Shown here: positions 27,560 through 37,594 of the stretch, piece after piece
Numbering within the stretch: position 1 is the stretch's first letter
Layout: each line of letters begins with the position of its first letter
Virus record (IMG/VR): IMGVR_UViG_3300010413_000076
Coordinates: 1 to 41,741 of that record
From: a virus
Lineage: Duplodnaviria; Caudoviricetes
Length of the DNA: 41,741 nucleotides
Reading direction: 5' to 3' (one strand)
Translations under genes and position numbers: made by a program
Notes under the pieces: generated by a model
What the model was told of the DNA's origin: nothing
Databases searched by the model: none
Seen by the model: only the letters and a program-made list of their open reading frames with translations

Positions 27560-27909
27560 ACGTTAGCAAATACTTCATCCATACTGCTGTTCACTGGGCC
27601 AAGTCAACCCTTCAAGGTTCTGGCTACACGTCCTACTCTACTGGCGTGGAAATAAGCGCTAGGTGGGACCTCGTCAGGAAGCTGTTCACCAACGCAAACA
27701 ACGAAGACCAGATGTCTAAGGCCTTCGTATATATGGACGGAACAACAGGTATAAGCGTGGACGACAAATTATACCTAGGTACTTTGGCCTCACTACCATC
27801 AGGCGCTGACGTAAATCCCAACCTTGAAAGGACGGCGTACAGGGTTGCTGCCGTTGAAGATAGTGCTTCGTTGAGTGGTAGTCAGTCAATCAAGACTGCT
27901 AAGCTGTAG
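27556..27909 (+). CDS. Head closure protein
   Basis: Synteny; TAVHW, ISARW. Confidence 0.65.
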   Translation: MNVSKYFIHTAVHWAKSTLQGSGYTSYSTGVEISARWDLVRKLFTNANNEDQMSKAFVYMDGTTGISVDDKLYLGTLASLPSGADVNPNLERTAYRVAAVEDSASLSGSQSIKTAKL

Positions 27910-27916
27910 GGCCAGT

Positions 27917-28483
27917 ATGCGACAAAAGGGTAAAGTTACCGGGCTTAATAACTGGGTTGACGGCTTCGAGGACCTCAAACAACACATGATGGATGGTAGA
28001 CGCCAAGGAATAATCAAGTGGTGTTTGATGATCAAGAAAAAATCAATGGGCAACTGCCCTGTCAGGCAGGGAAATTTGAGAGCCTCAGCCCTTGTAGTGT
28101 TAGACGACGGGCAACATGGAGAAGAAGGTCAAGCAGGATTCACGGGCGTAGACTCGTATACGCTCAATACAGACCACCAAGAAGTAGCTGACCAGGAGAC
28201 TAGGACGGTTGCCGGTATGACTAATGAAAACCAAATAGTTGGAGCAGTTGCCCACTCAGCACATTATGCTGCGGTAGTTCACGAAATACCCACTGCAGGA
28301 ACGCCAGGGTATAACCCCGAACATTCGACCGGCAAAATAACGCGTGGGCCGAGAAAAGGTAAAAGGCGCAGGGCGGAAGAAGTACACAGCAAGGTTGGAG
28401 GGTGGAAGTTCCTCGAAAAGGCTATCGACGAATCACACGAACAAGGCATGAGAATCCTACAACAGGAACTAAAGGTTGACTGA
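27917..28483 (+). CDS. Neck/tail-completion protein (HK97 gp10-like)
   Basis: PVRQGNLRAS, AHYAAVVHE, KFLEKA; start moved to ATG 27917. Confidence 0.8.
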   Translation: MRQKGKVTGLNNWVDGFEDLKQHMMDGRRQGIIKWCLMIKKKSMGNCPVRQGNLRASALVVLDDGQHGEEGQAGFTGVDSYTLNTDHQEVADQETRTVAGMTNENQIVGAVAHSAHYAAVVHEIPTAGTPGYNPEHSTGKITRGPRKGKRRRAEEVHSKVGGWKFLEKAIDESHEQGMRILQQELKVD

Positions 28484-28485
28484 CT

Positions 28486-29451
28486 ATGGCAGAGAAATCA
28501 ACAGCAGAACACCTAGCTGAAACTATTCTACCAGGAGCGTCTCTAGGCACTCTAGGTACTGACTTATTCTTCGACCTAGCACCAGATGAGAAACCGGTTG
28601 ACGTGGCCATTGCAGTGGTCAAAAACGCGGGAGGACCAGACCCAGCCAAGAACGCTCACAGGACGCATTATAGCCCAACAATTCAGATAGTGGTATACGG
28701 TCCACCAGAGGACTGGACAACAACATGGAATAAGGCAGAGGACATACGGAAGTGGATAGTAGAGACGTTCACGCCCACAGTGGTGGATGCCACCAAGTAT
28801 ACTGGCGTATACCAACGCGGCGACATGTTTTCCCTTGGGCCGGACGAAAACAAGCGCCCACGCGTAACGATGAACTTCGAATTTAAGAGGCAAGCATACA
28901 TAGCGCCGCTAGTAGACACGCTTACTGAGGCGCTAGTCACCCAAATATACAATCATACGTCGGATTCCGGTCACGGATACCTATACATACCGTCAGCCAA
29001 CCACGTCCTTATATATAACAACGAAGCCAACGCCAACGGCGTTTTCAGCATGGCTGTGTGTGACAGTGATTTCGGCAACAGCCTTAACGGGATACTCAAG
29101 TTTCAGGCGGTATACATACCGCCAACAACCACTCTGTCAGCCATTTTGAGGTACAAGGATCAAACAGACCCAGGATACTTGTTGCGATATCTGGCTACAC
29201 AAGTTACCATATATCGCAACGGGGCACTTAAGACTGTCATTCCGATCACCCCCAGCATAATTAACGGCGAGTACATTCAAACCGAAATGCGTGGTGACAC
29301 CATATATATAACTATAGACCCCGGAGGAGTGAACGAACGCACGTACAACTGGACAGACCCCACACCTATAGTAGGGCAATACAAGGCAGGGTTTAGATGT
29401 GACTCAAACACATGCAAATGTGACAACTTGACATATACCCCAACAGTATAG
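28486..29451 (+). CDS. Tail terminator-like protein with extra C-terminal beta-sandwich domain
   Basis: First ~135 aa: GTDLF, PTIQIVV, LGPDENKRPRVTMNF; remaining ~185 aa lectin/LamG-like. Confidence 0.7.
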   Translation: MAEKSTAEHLAETILPGASLGTLGTDLFFDLAPDEKPVDVAIAVVKNAGGPDPAKNAHRTHYSPTIQIVVYGPPEDWTTTWNKAEDIRKWIVETFTPTVVDATKYTGVYQRGDMFSLGPDENKRPRVTMNFEFKRQAYIAPLVDTLTEALVTQIYNHTSDSGHGYLYIPSANHVLIYNNEANANGVFSMAVCDSDFGNSLNGILKFQAVYIPPTTTLSAILRYKDQTDPGYLLRYLATQVTIYRNGALKTVIPITPSIINGEYIQTEMRGDTIYITIDPGGVNERTYNWTDPTPIVGQYKAGFRCDSNTCKCDNLTYTPTV

Positions 29452-29463
29452 GAGGAAAGTATT

Positions 29464-29679
29464 ATGGCGAAACTAAACGAAGAAGCCAAACCAACCATCG
29501 AAATCAGAATCGACAAGCCAGGGTGTCGGTGGAAAGGAAGAATGCGCAAACCTGGAGACGTCATAAGGACGAACGAAATTAGTGGCCTGCCGCCTCTATG
29601 GAGAGGTAGAGCCACCGTCACCGACTACGGCACAGGGGCTGCTAACAAGACTGCGCAGCCGGACAAGGGAGGTAGATAA
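29464..29679 (+). CDS. Hypothetical protein
   Basis: AGGAGG RBS; stop overlaps the next start. Confidence 0.6.
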   Translation: MAKLNEEAKPTIEIRIDKPGCRWKGRMRKPGDVIRTNEISGLPPLWRGRATVTDYGTGAANKTAQPDKGGR

Positions 29680-30128
29680 TGCCTGCATCAACCGAAAACT
29701 TAGAAGGTAGCTCAGCGCTGCCTATATTCTCGTACAGCACCAACGGTGGGTCTACTTGGACGCCTGTGGCCGAGCTGATCGGTGAGCCTTCAATGGGTGA
29801 ACCAACTACAGACTCACACGAACTCACCAACACCGACATCACAGACGGCAGACGTACATTCACGTATGGGTGGGTAGACGAAGGCGAGATGGCGATGGAA
29901 TTTAACTGGCGTGAAGACTCGCTAGCGGCGCTTAGGGCGCTGTTGCGTCAGGATCTTGACTGGAAGATATCATGGACGGACCCAGCACATACGCTGACGG
30001 ACTCAGAGTTTACCGTGGGCGGGTTCATCTCCAAGGGACCAAAGCCGATTCAGCCGATGAAGGGTGAGTGGAAGATAACTATGTCGATCAAAAATTCTGG
30101 CATAGTTACTCATACGCTAGGAACGTAA
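29679..30128 (+). CDS. Major tail tube protein
   Basis: WTPVAEL, GWVDEGEM...FNW; precedes chaperone and tape measure. Confidence 0.8.
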   Translation: MPASTENLEGSSALPIFSYSTNGGSTWTPVAELIGEPSMGEPTTDSHELTNTDITDGRRTFTYGWVDEGEMAMEFNWREDSLAALRALLRQDLDWKISWTDPAHTLTDSEFTVGGFISKGPKPIQPMKGEWKITMSIKNSGIVTHTLGT

Positions 30129-30139
30129 CACACACAATT

Positions 30140-30155
30140 TGTTTCATGTGAAACG
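30140..30155. promoter_or_regulatory. parS-like site (14/16 match)
   Basis: TGTTTCATGTGAAACG; intergenic. Confidence 0.7.
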
Positions 30156-30233
30156 CTGCTCAACAATTAACTAATTAAACAGGGGTTGCGGCGTTTAGGC
30201 GTCGTGGCCCCACTATTCAAAAGGAGACACATC

Positions 30234-30719
30234 ATGGGGAAGGCATTAGATCTACTAAGAAAACTTAAGACCATCAGGGAAAAGAAAGCTACCATTATCG
30301 GCAAAGATGATAACGGCGAAGACCTTAAAATAGAGGTCTTATTTGTCGAGCCTAACAGCAGCGAACACAAAGCCGCCAAAGACAGGTATCTTAAGTGGGA
30401 CCAAAAAATCAAGAAGAAAGAGTACGTGGGGCGCGGCAAATACAAAGAAAAACAGTCTAACGGCCAAGAAGCTGAAACGGAACTGACGCTGAACAACACG
30501 GCGTCCGATATGTACAGCTATCATCGCGAACTGATTATAATGACGGCACGCGACCCGGACACCAAAGAGCGGATGTTCGAGGACGTTTCCGCATTCAATG
30601 GAATCTTCGGCAAAGTGGACGGCGAGACCAGAAACGGTGACGTACTGCTGAGCCAATTCGTCGAACACGCTCAGGAGGTCTCGGTACCTTACACCAAAGA
30701 GGACCAAACAAAAAACTAA
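30234..30719 (+). CDS. Tail assembly chaperone (gpG-like)
   Basis: ATG 30234 after AAGGAG; ends in the slippery A AAA AAC TAA. Confidence 0.8.
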   Translation: MGKALDLLRKLKTIREKKATIIGKDDNGEDLKIEVLFVEPNSSEHKAAKDRYLKWDQKIKKKEYVGRGKYKEKQSNGQEAETELTLNNTASDMYSYHRELIIMTARDPDTKERMFEDVSAFNGIFGKVDGETRNGDVLLSQFVEHAQEVSVPYTKEDQTKN

Positions 30720-31120
30720 CAGAGTCCCCTGAGACATTTTTCTTGTTTCAGTTGGGACTCATGTTTAAAGACCCTCTGTTGTCCACGGTAGGACAATTAC
30801 CAGAATCAGCACTTAATGCATGGGCGGCGTTCCTTTCTCTGTTTCCTGCTGGGGAGGACGCCGCAGACGTAAGGATTATGACGCTAAGACATGACATATA
30901 TGAACTGCTAGATCATTTACGCCATACTATAGGTGTGGCGCATAATTGCTCTGACGTGCCTTTACCAAGAGAAAAGGACCTATCAGAGTACAAGATATTT
31001 AAGCGGTTTCCAGATGATGGACAAGTCAAGCGTAAAAGTGGGGATTTCAGAGGTATGGACGCCAGCGACATAGCTAGTTCTATGTCAGCGATGGCTAAGA
31101 TGTTCACAGGAAAGGCATAA
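30716..31120 (+). CDS. Tail assembly chaperone -1 frameshift extension (gpT-like)
   Basis: The -1 frame is open from the slippery site to 31120; no RBS of its own. Confidence 0.75.
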   Translation, partial: LTESPETFFLFQLGLMFKDPLLSTVGQLPESALNAWAAFLSLFPAGEDAADVRIMTLRHDIYELLDHLRHTIGVAHNCSDVPLPREKDLSEYKIFKRFPDDGQVKRKSGDFRGMDASDIASSMSAMAKMFTGKA

Positions 31121-31123
31121 TTG

Positions 31124-33601
31124 ATGGCTCGATCTATCGGCGAAGTTAAAGGCTACATAGGGGCAGATAATACAGCATTCCTTAAGGCTCTGGCTCAGTC
31201 AGAGAAAGAGGCCAGGAGCTTTGCGGCCAAGACTGAGCGGTATTTCGACTCAATCGGAAAATCGATGACCAAAATGGGCCAGACCGCTACCATTGGTGTA
31301 ACTGTACCTGTGGTAGCGGCTGGCACCGCTATGGCTATGGCAGCCATAGACGCAGAGGAGACGCGCAGCAAGTTTGCCGTCGTATTCTCTGACATACAGG
31401 CAGAAGCAAACGCTATGGCCGAAACTCTGCGCGATGCTTATGGTTTAGGGCGCGTTGAAAGTCAGCAACTGCTGTCAGACACTGGCGACCTTTTGTCTGG
31501 GTTTGACTTCACACAAGAGGCAGCACTAGACATGTCGGCAGCAGTAAACAAACTAGCAGTAGATTTGACGTCATTTAGTAACTTTAAAGGCGGCGCTGCT
31601 GAAGCATCTAGGATACTAACCAAGATGCTGCTGGGAGAAGCCGAAGCGGCCAAATCTTTAAGCATCGCAATCAATCAGGACACAGACGAGTACAAGGCCA
31701 TCTTCGCCCAAATGTCTAAAGTGGAAGGGGTGTCAAAACTCCAAGCCAAGGCCATGACGATATTGGAAATCGCAACGAAGCAAAGCAAAAATGCGATAGG
31801 TGATTACGCCAGGACGGCTGATTCTACGTCTAACTTGCTGCGTTTACTCTGGACCAGAACCAAGGACCTAGGAACCGAGATCGGCGTTAAACTGGTACCG
31901 TACGTGCGTCGATTCGTCCTGATGGGGCTGGAGACCATCAAGGTACTCGAACGCATGTCGCCTGAGACGCTTAATATGGTAATCCAAGTAGCTGCTTTAG
32001 CTGCTGCTATGGGACCGGCGCTGCTAGTCACCGGTAAACTGGCGTCTTCCATTAGCTCCATTATTCACGTGGGACGTCTGTTTCTGCCGGTCATAATGGG
32101 CGTAACGTCCACGGTCATAGGTGCTGTTGCTCCAATATTGGCTCTGGTTGCTGGGGCTACCCTTTTGTGGGCTGCATTCGGCGACCTAGTACCGGTGTCC
32201 AAGATTGTAGGTACGGCTAACGAGTGGATGCAGAAGGCGTTCAAGTCCACGGCTACTTTTTTTGATGAATTCAAGCTTTGGTGGGGCGATTCTAACGCCG
32301 ATATATCGGAGAGTACCCGCACGGCGATAGACTTTATATCCAAGGCGTGGTTGTCTCTCAGGTTCGCGTGGAATGCCGTCCAGGTAGGGCTGCAGTCCAC
32401 GGTACAAACTATAATAGGCGGGTTGGATGGTCTATTGTCAGGTTTCGCCGCCGTGGCTGAATTCGCAGGGCTAGACGGGTTAGCTGATGGGGCCAGAAAA
32501 GCCTCTAGCGTGCTCAGAGATTTTGTAGTGGACATCGAGGACGTAAAAAGTGCTAACCTTGCCACAATGAAGAAGATCCAGGATTCTTGGTCAAATGCGC
32601 CTGAACAACTAAAGAAAGACGTCACGAAATTTACGAAGACTGTACAAGAGCTAGGTACGCAAGCCTTCGAGCTACTAGAGTCCTCTGCTCCTGAGGCTGT
32701 AGAATCTGTGAAAAAGTTAATCGCTCAAATCAACGAAATAGTGGCTGCTGGCAACGCTGGGACTATAAAGCTGCCGACGACGGCTGACGGCGTAGGACCC
32801 AAGACAGAAAAAGCGCCATTGCCCATGGTTATGGGCGCGGGTGAGACGTCGGGGCTAGCCTTCCTACGACAACTGGAGGACGAACAACAGGCACATGATG
32901 ACCTTATGCTACAGAAGCAGTGGGAATTCAGCGCTAACTGGGCGGAGCAAGAAAACGCAAGGATGGAAGCATCTAAGTCGTCGTGGGATACGTGGGTGGA
33001 ACACACAAGGCTGTCCTTGGACAACATCAAAGATCAGGCGGCAGAATTTGGCACATCTATTGTTAAGTCGTTCGCGTCAAACATGGCTGCCGTGGCTATG
33101 GGTACGAGGAAATGGTCTGCGGTCATGACTAGCATGTTTCAGTCTATGGGGCAACGTCTACTTGAAATAGCGATAGAGGACACAATAGCTACAATAGCCT
33201 GGGCGTATGCTGCTGCTATAGGTAAGGCTGCGGGGTCTGCTCCCACACCCTGGTTGATTCCAGTATACGTGGCTGCTGCTATAGGATTCTTTTCTGCAGC
33301 AATGTCAGGAACTGTGGCAGGAGGGGCTAGTGGTGGTAGTGGTGGGGGCGGCGCTGCAGCAGAACCGGCAGTGGAAGTGGCGACGGCATCTAGGTACGAA
33401 ACCAATTCACCAACCATAAATTCAGTCACCGACACCACAACAGGTATGAGTGGACCAGACCAAGGAGACGGCACCGTTAAGTTGGTGGTAATAGAATCCG
33501 AATTCGAGGATCAACTGATGAGCTTTGGCGTCAAGGCTACTAAGAATGGGGCTGGAGACGGCAGCGACAGATTCTTAACTACGCAAGACTTGAAGGGCTA
33601 G
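31124..33601 (+). CDS. Tape measure protein
   Basis: Long Ala-rich helical protein; EETRSKFAVVF, AVDLTSFSN, GDYART; follows the chaperones. Confidence 0.92.
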   Translation: MARSIGEVKGYIGADNTAFLKALAQSEKEARSFAAKTERYFDSIGKSMTKMGQTATIGVTVPVVAAGTAMAMAAIDAEETRSKFAVVFSDIQAEANAMAETLRDAYGLGRVESQQLLSDTGDLLSGFDFTQEAALDMSAAVNKLAVDLTSFSNFKGGAAEASRILTKMLLGEAEAAKSLSIAINQDTDEYKAIFAQMSKVEGVSKLQAKAMTILEIATKQSKNAIGDYARTADSTSNLLRLLWTRTKDLGTEIGVKLVPYVRRFVLMGLETIKVLERMSPETLNMVIQVAALAAAMGPALLVTGKLASSISSIIHVGRLFLPVIMGVTSTVIGAVAPILALVAGATLLWAAFGDLVPVSKIVGTANEWMQKAFKSTATFFDEFKLWWGDSNADISESTRTAIDFISKAWLSLRFAWNAVQVGLQSTVQTIIGGLDGLLSGFAAVAEFAGLDGLADGARKASSVLRDFVVDIEDVKSANLATMKKIQDSWSNAPEQLKKDVTKFTKTVQELGTQAFELLESSAPEAVESVKKLIAQINEIVAAGNAGTIKLPTTADGVGPKTEKAPLPMVMGAGETSGLAFLRQLEDEQQAHDDLMLQKQWEFSANWAEQENARMEASKSSWDTWVEHTRLSLDNIKDQAAEFGTSIVKSFASNMAAVAMGTRKWSAVMTSMFQSMGQRLLEIAIEDTIATIAWAYAAAIGKAAGSAPTPWLIPVYVAAAIGFFSAAMSGTVAGGASGGSGGGGAAAEPAVEVATASRYETNSPTINSVTDTTTGMSGPDQGDGTVKLVVIESEFEDQLMSFGVKATKNGAGDGSDRFLTTQDLKG

Positions 33602-33614
33602 AGGAGATCAGCAA

Positions 33615-34391
33615 ATGCAGCTATTCTATGACTTCAACCTGAGCGACAACGGAACGCTGACGGCTACGTCTACGGCGGCAGGTTACGACGTGAGCAACCT
33701 CCAACTAGGCGTAAGGTCTAAGAGATGGAAGTCGGCCAGCGTAACATCAGTAACCTTGACTATGGACAGAGGAACCAGCGAAATAGTGAACGCTGTAAGC
33801 ATGCTTGGGTGCAACTTCTTCGACCCTGTCACGTACACAGTCAACGTGACCATACAGGCGGCAGACGACGCCGGATTTACCACAGGCGTTGTGACTGTGT
33901 ACACTGAGACGCCGACGGTACTACAAATGACAGACTTTACGTACTACTTTAACGCCACAGTAAAGCGCTACTGGAGGGTACAACTAGTGGCATCGTCCGC
34001 AATGCAGTTCACGCTTGACCGTCTTGTATTCGGCAGGTCATACACTACCAACCACGGACTAGCGCCAGGGTTTCAGTTGGGTCCAGGGAAGTCGCTCAGC
34101 AAAAACGTCATAACTAGAGGAGGGCAGAAGTATACTAACAGAGGAGCTACGCTAAAAGTGGCCAGAGGCATAGCCAAGGGACTAGATTCAGATGATTTCG
34201 ACGAGATAACGGAGTTGGCGGACGTCAACGGCACCGGCACGCCTTTCATCCTTAACATTGACGGCGCTTTCCCTTCGTTTGTAGCATCAGAACAACGGTC
34301 AATATACGGAACGCTAGACAACCTGCAACCACCAACCAACGCAGCATTTAATAAGTGGGACTGGCGGGTATCTATAACAGCGCAAAAGTGA
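33615..34391 (+). CDS. Distal tail/tail-tip protein
   Basis: Synteny; RYWRV, TRGGQ. Confidence 0.65.
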   Translation: MQLFYDFNLSDNGTLTATSTAAGYDVSNLQLGVRSKRWKSASVTSVTLTMDRGTSEIVNAVSMLGCNFFDPVTYTVNVTIQAADDAGFTTGVVTVYTETPTVLQMTDFTYYFNATVKRYWRVQLVASSAMQFTLDRLVFGRSYTTNHGLAPGFQLGPGKSLSKNVITRGGQKYTNRGATLKVARGIAKGLDSDDFDEITELADVNGTGTPFILNIDGAFPSFVASEQRSIYGTLDNLQPPTNAAFNKWDWRVSITAQK

Positions 34392-34395
34392 CGAT

Positions 34396-34953
34396 ATGAC
34401 GACATACGCAGAGGCTATAACGCACCCAGACGCCAGGAATCTTGTATTCGCCATTGCACGCTTCCGCAAGCAATTTTACGCGTGGGTAGCTAGCGGCACG
34501 TCGGGCATCTGGTACCAGGAAACGTTGGAGCCTGTGGATCTTTTACGCGAAAACGACGCCGACGCCACAGAATGTGCCAGTTGGACAGCGTTGCTGGCTC
34601 AGTCAGTCACCACCGTAGGCGCTTGGTGGTATGACGCCGACACGGACAGAGTCTATTATAAGGCCAAATCAGGTACTACAGCATTCGAGAACTTTGTCGT
34701 GGGTACGCTGGTATTTTACTTTGACGAGACCGGCGAAGTAGACGACGCAGGGCAACCCTATGACGCTAAAATTGTAGATGGGGCTGTTCCATCGGTTAAG
34801 CTGTCTGTAGGCAAGTCATTCAAAGCTGAAATGTCGCCTACAGGTACAGGTTCTATGTCTATTAGCGGGGCAGACAACGTATTTTCACGCCTAGACATAG
34901 AACCGGATGGTGACGTAACCATCGAGGAAGCCATAGAGGTGATTTATGTCTAG
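34396..34953 (+). CDS. Tail-tip protein
   Basis: Synteny; GAWWYD..TDRVYY. Confidence 0.6.
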   Translation: MTTYAEAITHPDARNLVFAIARFRKQFYAWVASGTSGIWYQETLEPVDLLRENDADATECASWTALLAQSVTTVGAWWYDADTDRVYYKAKSGTTAFENFVVGTLVFYFDETGEVDDAGQPYDAKIVDGAVPSVKLSVGKSFKAEMSPTGTGSMSISGADNVFSRLDIEPDGDVTIEEAIEVIYV

Positions 34954-36313
34954 AGCTAGAACGCCGCAACAGTCAGTAGGCTTCTGGCAGATAGAGCAAA
35001 TTAGTCTGTCAGACGTTAAAACATCGTTTAGCCTAACGGAATCAAAGGAAGTGCTTAAGACCAAGCTGCCACTAACAGAATTCACTAGAGCAGCCTACCC
35101 TTATATAGCAGAAGACCTTATAGGCACATCGATACCTGTGGGGTACGGCAAAAACCAGGGCGCGTGGGCCTACCCTATAAATCCTCTAACTAAGCGCTTC
35201 AAGTGGATAGGTCACTCCGTACTGACGGCTGATGCCTTCTATGATGAGAGCGTCGTACCGTTTACGCCTGACTCAGTCAACTTATCTACCGGTGAGTTCA
35301 CGTATAGCGCGTGGGATGGCGAGACTGAGTTGTATGTTGACTACACGGCTGACAGCGCCAACCCTGTTGACTTGGCCAAGGTGTTGCTGACGGATACGGT
35401 CAGGGGCGGCAGCCTTCCTCTGTCTTCTCTGGACACGACAAGTACCAAGAAGGGCTTCGGGTCCACAGGAGCTAGAACGTGTTACATATGGGGTACAGAC
35501 CCCAACACAGGAGCTGAAACGCCGCTTTATCCTTTAGGCTTCCACGTCAAAGAACCTACTGAGATCAAGGCGTTGCTAAGCAAAATACAAGAATCCTGCT
35601 TCGGCTTCATATTTAGAGATTTTAGGGGGCTATGGCAATTTAAACCGTGGAGACCGGTACCGTCTGACGGTCTAACCACCATCACTGAGGACAACATAGT
35701 TGGCGAACTTAAGCCCACCATATCTGTGGCCGATTCGGCAACCAAGGTAATAGCTAAATGGTTAGTGAACGAAGCTACTAACTCGGCCCAACGAATGGTC
35801 AAGTCGAGCGAAGAGCTACGACAACTCAGAAACCTGCTGGCACACAAAACGCTTGAACGAACGCTGCCTATAACGGCCAGACACGGAGCAGACACGTGGG
35901 CCAGCAAGGCGTTGTACTCTTGGGGCAACCCAAGACGAGTGTACAAGTTTAGGGCTACATCTGAACTTAAGCTACATGAACCAGGGGATTACATTCGCCT
36001 CATATACGGACCAAAGAATATAGACGTAATAGTGTTGTTGACGTCGGTAACTAAGCGACCAGGGGACATCACGGTGGACGTTGAAGCAGTATATAACTAC
36101 GGGTTCGGCGACCGCGTAGGGTATTGGACCGGCGCACCACCTCTGAGCTACCCGTCTACTATAGGCGGGTCATTCACTAACTGGAGTAGCACAGGAACTG
36201 ACGAAATAAAGCAAAACCACGTGCGGCGCAACTGGGCTGTGTGGGCTAACGACAACGGGTATGCTAGCGAGACTACCCCAGACTTAGGGTATAAGGTGAC
36301 AGTATGGTGGTAA
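34946..36313 (+). CDS. Baseplate hub/tail-tip protein
   Basis: IPVGYG, NPVD, EPGDYIRL hub-like motifs. Confidence 0.7.
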   Translation: MSRARTPQQSVGFWQIEQISLSDVKTSFSLTESKEVLKTKLPLTEFTRAAYPYIAEDLIGTSIPVGYGKNQGAWAYPINPLTKRFKWIGHSVLTADAFYDESVVPFTPDSVNLSTGEFTYSAWDGETELYVDYTADSANPVDLAKVLLTDTVRGGSLPLSSLDTTSTKKGFGSTGARTCYIWGTDPNTGAETPLYPLGFHVKEPTEIKALLSKIQESCFGFIFRDFRGLWQFKPWRPVPSDGLTTITEDNIVGELKPTISVADSATKVIAKWLVNEATNSAQRMVKSSEELRQLRNLLAHKTLERTLPITARHGADTWASKALYSWGNPRRVYKFRATSELKLHEPGDYIRLIYGPKNIDVIVLLTSVTKRPGDITVDVEAVYNYGFGDRVGYWTGAPPLSYPSTIGGSFTNWSSTGTDEIKQNHVRRNWAVWANDNGYASETTPDLGYKVTVWW

Positions 36314-36513
36314 CCCCTAAAACGTTGAGAAGGGCGACGGCCAGGGATATAATTAAACAAAAAACAGAGTACGACATGGAATTCGATGCTGGGGCTATTT
36401 GTTCCTGCTACCCTAACCACTGTGAGAACCCAGCCCACGGTATATGCTGGTGCAGCCCTTCAATAGAGGAGCGGTCACACGGTAGACTTGAAATACATAG
36501 ACGCGAAATGTAG
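36304..36513 (+). CDS. Small Cys-rich hypothetical protein
   Basis: Fills the gap; overlaps the hub gene stop. Confidence 0.45.
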   Translation: MVVTPKTLRRATARDIIKQKTEYDMEFDAGAICSCYPNHCENPAHGICWCSPSIEERSHGRLEIHRREM

Positions 36514-36538
36514 CCGACAACATACAAGGAGTTAAGCA

Positions 36539-37534
36539 ATGGCATATAGTCAACCACCTGATGTAGCTGCTGGAGACGCTGCAGAGGCATCAAACCAGAA
36601 TGCACAAAACGCCGCACTGGCCAACCTTAATGCAAGGACCGCAGGAATAGAAACGCTCGTGTTGCCAAACGGGTCTATGGAGTTCGATCTAGACTTAGAC
36701 GGCGAACCTGACAACTGGAACATTACTGACTTGGGGTCAGCTGGGGCAACCCACGTTATAGACACCACAGCGTCCAGTGACGGGTTAAATTCCCTTAAAT
36801 GCTCAATAACCAATACGGGCGGGTATGTAGAAGCGTTAAACGACACCATACTGCCTATATACGAAGGAGCTAGGATAGAGGTAGGATTCGGGTATAAGTC
36901 GTCGTTGGCTACTGCCAGGGTACGAGTCAACATCAGATGGTTAACTGGTGCACTTCCTGGGTCTTTAGTGACTGAAGTTAGCGTATTTGACAGCGCAGCT
37001 AACCACCCTAGCTCGTTCGAGCACCGCAATGGTGTTCAGGTGTCGGTTGTTGCTCCAGCCACCACTAGGTGGTTCCAGGTCAAACTTATAGCAGGAGAGT
37101 CAGGTAACACAACCAACGCAGACGTATACTTCGACTCCATTATACCGCGCATATATCACGGGTTAGTCCCTGTCGACCAGTCGCTTGCTGCTGCACTTAT
37201 TACATCAGGAACAGGTACAAATGTGAGCGTTACACTACCCGCGTCAATAGTTGGAACAGAGCGCCCATGGTGTGCTCTACTAGACGTATACTGTGAATGG
37301 TCTACAGGTGGAGGTACTAACGAGATGGTGTTCTCCGAAAATTCAAGCGGTACTGGGCAAGTCTGGGGGCGCATATTTAGTGACCCCACAAACATCCCAA
37401 ATGAGGGGTGGTACCCACAAAAGCGTGCGCCTGTTAGGTTAACTGACAAGGGCTTTTACATCTTTGAACAGTCGCTGACAGGTGCAGACAACATGGTACG
37501 TAGGCGCGTTTACTTGGCTGGTTACTATGTGTAA
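36539..37534 (+). CDS. Putative receptor-binding protein with carbohydrate-binding-module-like domain
   Basis: PNGSMEFD...PDNW...VYFD pattern; last large tail gene; AAGGAG RBS. Confidence 0.65.
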   Translation: MAYSQPPDVAAGDAAEASNQNAQNAALANLNARTAGIETLVLPNGSMEFDLDLDGEPDNWNITDLGSAGATHVIDTTASSDGLNSLKCSITNTGGYVEALNDTILPIYEGARIEVGFGYKSSLATARVRVNIRWLTGALPGSLVTEVSVFDSAANHPSSFEHRNGVQVSVVAPATTRWFQVKLIAGESGNTTNADVYFDSIIPRIYHGLVPVDQSLAAALITSGTGTNVSVTLPASIVGTERPWCALLDVYCEWSTGGGTNEMVFSENSSGTGQVWGRIFSDPTNIPNEGWYPQKRAPVRLTDKGFYIFEQSLTGADNMVRRRVYLAGYYV

Positions 37535-37594
37535 ACGTGACGATCAACGCCAAGGAAGGCTTCACATGATACACGGAAAAGAAGAGGGGCAAGC

